A stretch of DNA of 9,525 nt from Selaginella moellendorffii (taxonomy: Eukaryota > Plantae > Lycopodiophyta), in NCBI RefSeq assembly GCF_000143415.4, contig NW_003314603.1, positions 1 to 9,525 of the forward strand, in the 5' to 3' direction. The translations under genes were made by a program, and so were the position numbers. Under the pieces are notes generated by a model, which saw nothing but the letters and a program-made list of their open reading frames with translations, searched no databases and had not been told where the DNA came from. Shown here in pieces: positions 1 to 8,117 of this stretch. Positions within the stretch are counted from its first letter, which is position 1. Every line of letters starts with the position of its first letter.

Positions 1-383
1 TGGAATGAAACTCTCACTTTCTCCATGCTCTGTGCGAGGCCATGGCAAACAAAACGGGTTGGATGGACTCTGCATCTCAATCTGAGCAAGCAGCTGATGC
101 AGAAGCTATTTTTGAGAAACAAAGTATAAGTATGCTGCAACAAGAACCAGCAACATCCGTTTAAGATATTGTTCTGGAAGATGGCTTGTCTGAGCTCGAG
201 TTTGATTTGATCCAGGCACCATGGTCCCGGGAATCTATTCTTCACTTGGTTGTCCAAGCTGGAGGTCCATAGGTTTGGATCCTTTCAAATCCTCGGGGCG
301 TGAGACTCTGGAGCTCCAAGTTTTGATGCCTTCTCTTGGCAATAATATAATATATTGCTCTGAAACCGTGAAAGCTTACTCAC

Positions 384-425
384 CCGCAAACAAAACTCCA
401 GGGTTGCACCAGAGATCCAATAAAC
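384..425 (-). other. Possible 42-nt exon remnant flanked by splice sites
   Basis: Minus strand CTCTCACAG|GTTTA...GCGG|GTGAGTAAG; upstream T-rich candidate intron GTATAG...CACAG at 521-426; downstream of, and on the same strand as, the left F-box fragment. Confidence 0.3.
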
Positions 426-625
426 CTGTGAGAGCCTTGACCAAGCTCAAACTCAATCAGCTCAGAGCAAGCTTTCTCAAAAGTTTCCAAAGAGCAGATG
501 GCATAACACAAAAAACTATACCAGGTCACCAACTCATCTCATCACAAGTTGCGTTGTGGTCACTCCACGCCTTGGATGTTGATGAACTACAGGCCTCCAT
601 TTTATCTTGGAAAATGCTCGAGGCC

Positions 626-888
626 AAAGGGTGGCGAAGATGAGGAATGAAGCGATCTGGACTGGACAAGAGTATAAACAAAATGAGCACGAGAAGAACC
701 ATACATACCGCGGAAAAGCAGTGCTTGTGCTTGTGAGCCTAGTTTGAAGATGTCTGAGACTGAGAAGAAAGACCATGCTGCTCGACTCATAGAGCACGCC
801 CGGCAGCAGCACACCGCCCGGGTAAAGAGCCCCCTGGATCGAAAATGTGCAGCAGTAGCGTATAATGGCAATGGCGGTGGTTTTCCAT
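626..888 (-). pseudogene. F-box protein gene fragment (more degraded paralog of 1610-1911)
   Basis: PPPL/TLLLHIF/RGLFTRAVCCCRAC...AQALLFRG...FVYTLVQ...LHSSSSPPF aligns with LPPL...MLLCTF...RKFLTREALVCCAW...SQALLL...YVYTLVQ...LHSSPLPPF of the right arm. Confidence 0.55.
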
Positions 889-980
889 GGCATCGTTCTT
901 GAGCCTTGACGAGGAGGTGCCATCCAGCGAAGATTTGCAGGAAGGAGGAGCGATCTCCAGCGGTGGGCGCCTGGGCGGTG

Positions 981-1156
981 AGCACAGATCTGGGAGGGGG
1001 AAGGCGCATCCACGAGGAAAATCGTCTCCAGCGGCCTCGAGGTTCCTTGCTAATCTGGTCATAGAAAGGTATGGAAAGTGCGGGCGCTGGAAATCTTCCA
1101 GAAGATGAAAGATCGAGGTTCTTTCTTGTGGAAGATTGCGATCGCGGCATTTGCCC
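981..1156 (+). pseudogene. PLS-class pentatricopeptide repeat (PPR) gene fragment
   Basis: Across frameshifts: STDLGGGRRIHEE/IVSSGLE/RFLANLVIERYGKCG/ALEIFQKMKDRGSFLWKIAIAAFA, matching the Gr.iH...NxLIxMYGKCG...A..iF..M....W.....A.A pattern of plant PLS PPR proteins. Confidence 0.85.
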
Positions 1157-1371
1157 TTGTTACTCTTTTTCGAGCATCCAGACAGCAGGGGTATGGCCTC
1201 CTCCAAAGGCCGTGGTTGATTTACCCTCCAGCAGTAGTCTTTCAACCAGGCCTGGAGCGGGCCTTCTGCCAACTTAAGTCGAGGTTCCTGGTGTTTCTCA
1301 CCATGTGTTTCTCACCTGGATCTCCGCCACATCGCCATTGATAGCTGCAAGAATTCGATCGACGAGCATTT

Positions 1372-1505
1372 GCTGGGCAAATGCGTTCCAGAAGAAAACA
1401 TTTCCATCTTCCATTTTGTGGAGGACACCCAAGGCATCCGCGGTGCGCCCACACTTTCCATACATTTCCATGATGAAATTCGCGAGGAATCTATGACGAT
1501 CAGAG
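1372..1505 (-). pseudogene. PLS-class PPR gene fragment (paralog of 981-1156)
   Basis: DRHRFLANFIMEMYGKCGRTADALGVLHKMEDGNVFFWNAFAQ within ORF 1298-1534. Confidence 0.85.
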
Positions 1506-1609
1506 CAGCGTCTCCTCCTCGTCGTCAAGAACAATGCGATGGAACCATTCGTTAACTACAGGTAAGCTTCGTCAAAATAGCAAATGTCGCAAGGACAGCG
1601 ATACCAGAG

Positions 1610-1911
1610 GTGACGCTGCCACCATTGGGCGACCTGGATAACGATATGCTGCTCTGCACTTTTGCTCGCATTCCAACAAGGAAGTTCCTCACCCGAGAAG
1701 CGCTTGTCTGCTGCGCTTGGCTGGATGATCCGGTCTGGCTCAAACCAAGACAAGCCTTCAAACAATACCTCGCAAAGCAAACATCACAAGCATTGCTTTT
1801 GTGATTTAAAGCGGTATGTATATACTCTTGTCCAGATTGTTCAAGAACGCAGAAGAGATTGTCTTGAGCTTCATTCCTCACCTTTGCCACCTTTCGATTT
1901 TCGCCAAGCGA
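1610..1911 (+). pseudogene. F-box protein gene fragment
   Basis: LPPLGDLDNDMLLCTFARIPTRKFLTREALVCCAW-LDDPVW fits the F-box consensus LxxLxxDxLxxIFxxL...VCRxW...DPxxW; stop and frameshift at ~1804; ends at the candidate LTR. Confidence 0.7.
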
Positions 1912-2068
1912 TGTGAAGAGGTGTGAAAACTCCTCTTTGCTGGAAATCTATTGTTAGTAAGAAAACAAAAGAGAAAAAGGCCCGATCTCCAAGGGTAGAG
2001 AAGAAGCACGAGAAAAAGAATGTTGTGTATTGATAAGAAAAACGATGGAATGGAGATAGGTATCCACA
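1912..2068 (-). repeat. Candidate short (or internally deleted) 3' LTR
   Basis: TG...CA ends with imperfect terminal inverted repeat TGTGAAGA/TGTGGATA (6/8); lies next to the PPT; on the element strand AATACA is followed by a U-rich tract; flank homology stops near 1895-1911. Alternative ends at 1952 (TGTTAG) and 2073. The second LTR is not in the window. Confidence 0.5.
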
Positions 2069-2075
2069 ATTCAGA

Positions 2076-2086
2076 TTCCCCCTTTT
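2076..2086 (-). promoter_or_regulatory. Polypurine tract (plus-strand primer) of the retrotransposon
   Basis: Minus strand AAAAGGGGGAA, ~140 bp after the end of the extra ORF, followed by TC-TGAAT-TGTGGATA. Confidence 0.7.
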
Positions 2087-2127
2087 GAAAGGCTAGCAGT
2101 TCTAACTGCTAGCATATACTATATGCT
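2081..2127. repeat. Three overlapping perfect short inverted repeats adjoining the PPT
   Basis: CCTTT-TG-AAAGG (2081-2092), GCTAGCAGTT-CT-AACTGCTAGC (2092-2113), AGCATATA-C-TATATGCT (2111-2127). Confidence 0.9.
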
Positions 2128-2227
2128 GTGCATGATTTAATCTATGGCTCCAATGCAGCCCTGGGTTCAAAGTTGGAGTCCCTTGAGCCTGGGTTTTTGG
2201 TTGATACACTCTACTCCCCTGACAGAA

Positions 2228-4179
2228 TTAGACACCGTCCTCGGTGCGAACATAGTCAATTTCCATCACTTGTTGTTGCTGCTGCTCAAGTCGATAGAGG
2301 CAACGTTTTTGCTGCGGGAGTGTAAGCTCGTGGTTAGGGACACTGTCTGGTGGATCTGTCCCATCTTCCTGGAGGTCAGCTACCTCAGCTAGCAAGGCAG
2401 TATGATCATCCTCGAGCTTTCAGTAGCAGGTGTTGATCTCTTTGTATTTGAATTTGTAGGTGAATTCGTGAGCTGTTGATGGGGTTGATGGCTGCTTGGA
2501 GACGATCTTCCTGATGTCCTGGAGGTCAGTGCGGATTTGCTTCATCTCTTCGAGCTGAGCATCCAGCTGGTGGTTTAAAGGCTCATAGAATTCCTTCTTG
2601 ATCGCTCCCCAGGTGTATATGAAGGAGTCTTGCTTGAGAAGATGCTGTGCAATGTCGGCTCGTGTTGGGAAGTAGTTTGCTTGCTCGTGGTGCATGTGTT
2701 GATCGAGGGCTTCAAACAACTTGCGGGTGTAGTAGCTTGGGTCGTGAAGTTTATCTTCGTACTCCTTCCTGATCTCGTCATAATCATGGCATACCTGACT
2801 CTGTGGCTGAGGCATAGCTGCTGCTCCTACTCCTGCTCCATGATCCTGGTGTTTCTCACTGTGTTCTTGGTCCCGGGAGTTGAGTTTGCTTTGTTGGATG
2901 TGGGTGACGTGGTCGGGCCAGATTCTTTGAGGTGGTTGGAGATGAGCTTTTCAGTTTGATGGTGGATGAACGGCCCAGATGTGGCGCTGAAATTAATTTA
3001 TCTGTTCAGAAATTTTTCGCTTGGAATTTTGTTGAAGGGGTGGAATTTTTGTGAATGCTGGTCGTGGTATTTGCTGGAGGAGGCATGGTTGTGTGTTCTT
3101 CAAGTGATTGGTGAAGGTAGTCAATGTTTTCTTTTGTGGAACGTGTCGAGGAGGTCGAGGCGTTGAGAATGTTGTTCTCAGCTGGTGGAGAAATTGAGTT
3201 CAGGGCGAGCAGCTGACGTTTTCCTTTGGCGATGTTGATGTGTTTGTGAGAAATTGTCGGTTTTGGGGCTGATTCGAGTGGATGCGGTCTCTGGGGTGAG
3301 TGTGGATGGTGGTGTGAGTTATCTTCATTGTCACTGATGATGAGGTGCTCTCAGATCAGCGGTGGCGGCGAAGTGGAGTTGAATTGTTGGAGTGTTTGTT
3401 GCTGGAGCTGGTGTTGTTGGAGTCAGTTGAGCCTGATTGTTGAGATGTTGGCTTCGGTTTCTTGCTGGGAGTTGCTCCTTCTGATTCTGACTGGTCTTCG
3501 AAGCTGTCACTTTGTTCTGTGGAGTTCATTTGGGTTGTCCACAGTTGTTTGTTGGGAAGAGCTTGGTGTAGAGCAAATCAGCAGTGGGAATATTACTGTC
3601 CGCATGGTCTTTTTGTTGAGTGTGGCAAGGATGGCGCGGTCGAGAAGCTTGAGAAGGAGCTCGTGGAGATGATGAGCCACGTTCACACGTTTGCCGTCAA
3701 GTAGAGCTCTGTAGACTTCTACTCTGCACTTGCCAATGGTGCAATCTATTGGGCGAAGTTCGTAGTAGAGGAGGAGGGCTTTGAGGCGATCCATATGCTG
3801 CTCCTCGATGTCCTCCCATGTGAGCTCACCGGTAATTTCTCGATTGGCCTTGATGATTTGCTGTGGAACTTCTCCTGAAAATTTGAGCAGTCCCTTGTTG
3901 GAGATTTTGAAAACGGAGGCAATTCTTGGTGATTTCGTTGGTGCCGTCGGTTATGGTGTCGTTCTTGGGGTTGAAGGAGGCGGCCAGCTTCCTCGCTAGT
4001 TTTTGATCAGGGTGTGTTGAAAAGGCCTTGTGGAGGAGCTCGAATCCATGGCCCTTGAGCCAGGTGGTTGTGTCGTTGCTGGGAAGCCTAGGAATATGGT
4101 GTATGACGTATCTGAGGTGCCGGGGTGAATGAGCTGGCATCTTTCTCTTCATTTTCTGTGGTCAAAGTGCTCACCCCAT
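2228..4179 (-). pseudogene. Sense 3' extra ORF of the retrotransposon: putative plant transposon protein / Athila env-like N-terminal domain, disordered linker, coiled-coil C-terminus (disrupted)
   Basis: Joins ORFs 3826-4152, 3507-3794 and 2420-2815: WLKGHGFELLHKAF...QKLARKLAASFNPKNDTIT.../IASVFKIS...LLDGKRVNVAHHLHELL...VIFPLLIC, then S/T/Q/P-rich sequence, then NHQLDAQLEEMKQIRTDLQDIRKIV...YKEINTCY*KLEDDHTALLAEVADLQ to TAA at 2228-2230. Family resemblance judged by eye only. Confidence 0.7.
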
Positions 4180-4433
4180 TAGGGTTCTTGAAACTTGTAA
4201 CTGTTGGTTAGCTGATTGTGTGGCGCTTGATTGTTGGTGATGAATGGTAGAGATTTGTTGACGGAATTGATGTGGTTTGATTTGGCTTGATTGCAGATCA
4301 ATGGTGGATATTGCTGATGAAGTTAACTCAAGTTCAACTATTGATATTTGCTCAGGTGGCATTGATCCAACAGTAGCTTGGGACTTAGAGATTTTTGCTG
4401 CTGTTTATTGCTGAAGTTGGTGGATGAGTTCGT

Positions 4434-4462
4434 GTTGAGTTGAGTTGAGTTGAGTTGAGTTG
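4434..4462. repeat. (GTTGA)5.8 pentanucleotide microsatellite between integrase and extra ORF
   Basis: GTTGA x5 plus GTTG, perfect, 29 bp. Confidence 0.95.
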
Positions 4463-4579
4463 TGTCGAACTGATTTGAGTTAAAGTTTGTCTGCTGGGGT
4501 GAGTGTTGATTGTTGGTTTTGGGGTGTTTGTCAGTTTGGGTCGGAAATTTGCTGAGGTGCTGATGCTGAATATGTCGAC

Positions 4580-5439
4580 GTGATATGGTCGAAGCTTGTT
4601 GAGGTTGACGATCTCAATGAAGTCTTCAGCGAGTGTGCTGACTTTGGCGGTGCCGTTGGGGTATAATTCAATGATTTTGAAAGGTCCTTGCCATTTGGTG
4701 TGGAGTTTTCGGCCAACTTTGCCGATGGGTCCTCGGTATCAGAGAACATGATCGTCAACGTTGTATTTGGGAATGTTATACCGGGATGCTTGTCAGTCAT
4801 GCCGAGCTTTTCTCTGTTTTTGGATGGCGTGAAGTGTCCAGAGGGCGTTGAGTCGGAGTTCGTCGAGATGTTCAAGTTGCTGAAGCCTTTCTCGAACTGC
4901 ATGTTGCTGTTGCTTTCGCTGTGGCATGTCGGAGAGGTATTGCTTCGGCCCACTTGGTAGTGTAATCGGTGGTGATGATGATGTACTGATTTCGTTGACG
5001 GGTGCTGACTTGGGGTCCGACAAAGTCGAGTCCCCATTTCTGAAATGGTGCCATTGGGAATGTTGGGTTGAGTTGTTGAGTCTGAGTTTTTTGGCAGTAA
5101 TCGGTGTCAATGATATGTGTCGCAGAATTTTTAGAATTCTTCAGTGTCATGCCAGAGTGTCGGCCACCATAGGCTGGCTTGAAGAATCTTCCAAGTTGTG
5201 GTGTCAATGCTGAAGTGTCCGCTAGAAGGTCCATTGTGAGCTTCCTTGATGATTTGAGTTTTGCTTGGCAGCTTGATGCATCGGCGAAGAATGTTGTCAA
5301 TTCCTAGTATGTAGAGCGTGCCTCTGATTAGTGAGTATCGTTGGGTTTTAGCAACAAAAGTCTTCTTTTGGTCGGACGTAGTGTACTGTTCTGGAACTTT
5401 TGCTGAGTTCAAGGAACTGAATACGTCGTCAACCCAGGT
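4580..5439 (-). pseudogene. pol: Integrase domain of pol (catalytic core largely deleted)
   Basis: TWVDDVFSSL...DNILRRCI...AHNGPSSGHF...LWWPTLWHD...CDTYH (HHCC, last Cys now Tyr); PFQKWGLDFVGP (Asp 5025-5027)...DYTTKWAEAIPL; then directly RLQQLEHLDELRLNA...KLHTKWQGPFKIIELYPNGT...VNLNKLRPYH (GPY/F tail). Confidence 0.95.
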
Positions 5440-5448
5440 TGCTTCAGT

Positions 5449-6215
5449 CCATTGGTGAGTGGTTTGGCAATGTGAGCGTACTTGTGGATGAATCATCGGT
5501 GATATCCGACTTTGCCAAGGAAGCGCTGAAGTTCTTTGTCGGGGTTGAGTGCAATGTCTTTGTTCTCCTCGCACTTGTTGAGGCATTTCTCCAGGCATTC
5601 AAGATGTTGATCTTCCGAGCTGAAAACGCTGAAGTCATCCATGAAGACTCTCATGAAGTCAGTGAGGTATTCTCGGAAAGTGTTGGTGATGAGCCTTTGG
5701 AAGGTGAATGGGGTGTTGCAGAGTCCAAAAGGCATTCGTCGGTAAGCATAGGCTCCCCATGGACTGATGAATGCTGTCTTGTGCTGATCTTCTTCGGCAA
5801 TGTAAATTTGGTTGTAGCCAGAGAAACCATCGAGGAAGGAGTACATCTCGTGTCCGGTGACTGCGTCAAGAATTTCGTTGGTAAATGGTATCGGGAAAAC
5901 ATATTTTTCAGTGGCGTCATTGAGCTGTTTATAGTTGACGCAGATTCAAAGTTTGCCATTTTTCTTCGGCACAACCACCAATGGTGAAAGCCAAATCGGA
6001 TTCTGAATCGGGGGAGAAGCTTGTTGAGTTCTTTCTTTACTTGTTCCACTAGATTCAGATTCATCCGGTAGGCTGCTTGTCTTCTTGGTTTTGAGTCTGG
6101 AAGAAGGGTGATGGTGTGAAGGCTGAGTTTTGGCGAAATTCCCTTAAGGTCTCGATAACTCCAAGCGAACAAGTGTTTCTTCTTTCGGAGAAGATTGATG
6201 CCTTTGTCTCGAAAA
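5449..6215 (-). pseudogene. pol: Reverse transcriptase domain of pol (frameshift, stops, deletions; RNase H absent)
   Basis: LFAWSYRDLKGISP...VKKELNKLL/PIWLSPLVVVPKKNGKL*ICVNYKQLN...GHEMYSFLDGFSGYNQI...RRMPFGLCN...VFMDDFSVF (FMDD 5634-5645)...LNPDK|ELQRFLGKVGYHR*FI...IAKPLT/QWTEA. Confidence 0.97.
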
Positions 6216-6599
6216 CTTGCCGAGATGTCAGTGGCCGAGTACAATGTAGTGTTCGTTGCCGTCATTGGCAAGGCTGAATTTTTCGAGTTTTTGGTCAGCT
6301 GGAATTGACGGAATGTGGGCAACTTTGTTGTGGTTGTCGACTGTGAATGCCGGTGGCGCTTCGAGTTTTGTATCTCGAGTGACTGGATTTTTCAGTGTTG
6401 ATGTAATCGGGGGTCGTTCTCATTGGAAGTCGGCGACAATTCGGAAGAGGTCGATCTTGGCCAAAGGTTCGAGATCGGGGTAGGCTTTGAGAATTTGTTG
6501 TTCTTCATAGTCGTCGAGGCCATCTTTGAGATTATATTCTTCCAAGTCAATAGATCAGTTGTGGCTGGACAGCGATTTGGTCGCTTTTGTCGACATAGT

Positions 6600-6965
6600 C
6601 TTCGGTCCGTCTGGTCTGCAAAGGATAAGATTGTCATTGGGCCAATCTTGATAAACTTGGGCAGTTCGGAGCCAAGGTCGACCGAGGAAAATCGAGCATC
6701 CATTGGTCTGCTCCGGTAGTTTGAGGACGACATAGTTGACTGGTATTTCGACACCTTGAATGGTGGGGTTGACTTTTCGGATGATGCCTTTGGGTTGAAT
6801 AGATCGGTGGTCGGCCATTCGGACATTGAAAGGTGCTGGGTGGACTGGGCCGATGTTGAGTTGTTGAACAAGACTTTCTTCAATAATATTAACGCTAGAG
6901 CCGCCGTCAATTATGGCTCCTCAAACAAGGTGTTTGTCGAGTCGTAGGTTAATTGTCGGAACATC
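6600..6965 (-). pseudogene. pol: Retropepsin aspartic protease domain of pol (disrupted)
   Basis: LV*GAIIDGGSSVNII (catalytic Asp at 6906-6908)...VRMADHRSIQPKGII...SIFLGRPWL; TGA at 6921-6923 just upstream of the active site. Confidence 0.92.
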
Positions 6966-7544
6966 ATTGTCACAATCGCCTGGTTGAATCTCAGTTCGAA
7001 ATGTATCAACAGCTGTCTGTGTCGAGTTGAGTGTGGGCGAGTCTGTCAAAGTGTTGGTCGGTGTAGATGTTAGATCGGTGAGCTGTTTGGTGAGGTAGGG
7101 TGCAATCTTCAACAGTTGGCCGATGGTGATCTGAATATTTTGGTTGAGGATAGTCTCTGCTACTTCTTGGATTTTGTCGAAGTTTGCCGAATTGTGTTCT
7201 GGTGTCAGTGTCAATGTTGGACGATTTGTCTGTCGGTTTTCTGGTACTGAGTCTTGGCATTGTTGTCGAGCTGGTGATGGTTGAGCTTCATTGTCGGAGT
7301 CTAAAATCACTAATTCGGGTGGTTGTAGAGCGAGTTGCCGTTGTATTTTGGCGGCTAACTTCTGCTTCTTTTCCCATTCCTGGAGTTTTGTCGGGCTCTC
7401 AGGGCCTTTCTCTTTACTATCTCCGGAATTTCTGTCTGGTTGTTGTTGTTTTTCTGCTCGAATTTGTGCTTGGGTTTGTACTGCCATGACTTGAGGATCT
7501 GAGTCATCATTGTTGGCATAAGGTAGTTTGTCGGTCTCGACCAT

Positions 7545-7985
7545 CCTTGTTGTTGGTGGTTGCTGCTGGTTCTGATCTTGTTGTCGAGGAGGCGGTGGAC
7601 CAAGTCTCGGCGGACCGCCTTGGTTTTGAAGTCGAGGTTGCCATGCTCGGTTGTTACAGTTGCCTTGGTAGCCATGGTCTTGATAACCTTGGCCTTGGTA
7701 TCTTCGGTTTTGGTATCTTGGGTATTGTTGGTATCCTTGGTTGTAGTTGTCTCGGTTTGCTGGGTAGTTCCAATTCGGCGGGTGTTGTTGATCGTTGTAG
7801 TTGTTGTTGTAGTTGTTGTTGTAATTGTTGTAATTGTTGTAGCGAGGTTGATCATTCTATTGTCGACTCTGGTGTTGGAAGTTGTTTCTCAGCAGTCTCC
7901 AGTTTGTCGGAGGTGGTGGCTGGTAATTGTTGAAGTATTGATTTGGATATGGTTTTCGAAATTGCTGTCGGGGATAGTTCGAGAC
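7545..7985 (-). other. Q/N/Y/G/P-rich prion-like low-complexity region between zinc knuckles and protease
   Basis: Same frame as knuckles and protease: NYPRQQFRKPYPNQYFNNYQPPPP...NDQPRYNNYNNYNNNYNNNYNDQQHPPNWNYPANRDNYNQGYQQYPRYQNRRYQGQGYQDHGYQGN...QNQGGPPRLGPPPPRQQDQNQQQPP; one TAG at 7857-7859. Confidence 0.8.
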
Positions 7986-8015
7986 TTGTCAAACTTCTAG
8001 AGAATTTCAAAATCT

Positions 8016-8117
8016 GCAAGCTTTGGCATCATGACCTTCTTTGGTACAGATCTGGCATTTGGAGATTTGGAGCTTGTAGTCACTTGCCGGATGTCCTTCG
8101 TTCTTGCACTTAGTACA
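8016..8117 (-). other. Two tandem CCHC zinc knuckles (nucleocapsid)
   Basis: Manual translation, not in the ORF track: CTKCKNEGHPASDY-KLQISK-CQICTKEGHDAKAC. The first knuckle has Tyr in place of its last Cys (TAC at 8076-8078). Confidence 0.9.

Larger units (their letters stand above)
626..1894. repeat. Diverged inverted duplication: arms ~626-1156 and ~1375-1894, spacer ~218 bp
   Basis: Collinear reverse-complement blocks: TGAGGAATGAAGC 641-653/1868-1880; CTGGACAAGAGTATA 662-676/1821-1835; ATACATACCGC 701-711/1811-1821; GTATGGAAAGTGYGGGCGC 1069-1087/1445-1463 (18/19); GCATTTGCCC 1147-1156/1375-1384. Confidence 0.9.

Noticed and set aside
339-358. GCAATA...TATTGC small inverted repeat
   Set aside because: 6-bp AT-rich arms, expected by chance.
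221-643. 140-aa + strand ORF and short ORF from 42
   Set aside because: No recognisable domain; splice-like signals point to the minus strand instead.
2092-2113. Helitron 3' hairpin interpretation
   Set aside because: CTAG lies within the arms rather than ~10 nt downstream, and the position next to the PPT fits the retroelement better.
3325-3365. Hammerhead-like CTGATGA followed by a small stem (TGAG/CTCA)
   Set aside because: Followed by GATC rather than GAAA, with no stems I/III; the other CTGATGA sites (4314, 5764) also lack the core.
4171-4580. Chromodomain or archaeal-type RNase H after integrase
   Set aside because: Only S/T/Q-rich sequence is seen. The RT-INT interval is deleted, so an extra RNase H there cannot be excluded and the exact lineage is not assigned.
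7355-7855. Thr-rich minus-strand ORF (166 aa)
   Set aside because: Alternative frame of the (AAC)n-rich tract; the N/Y/Q frame is the one continuous with the knuckles and protease.
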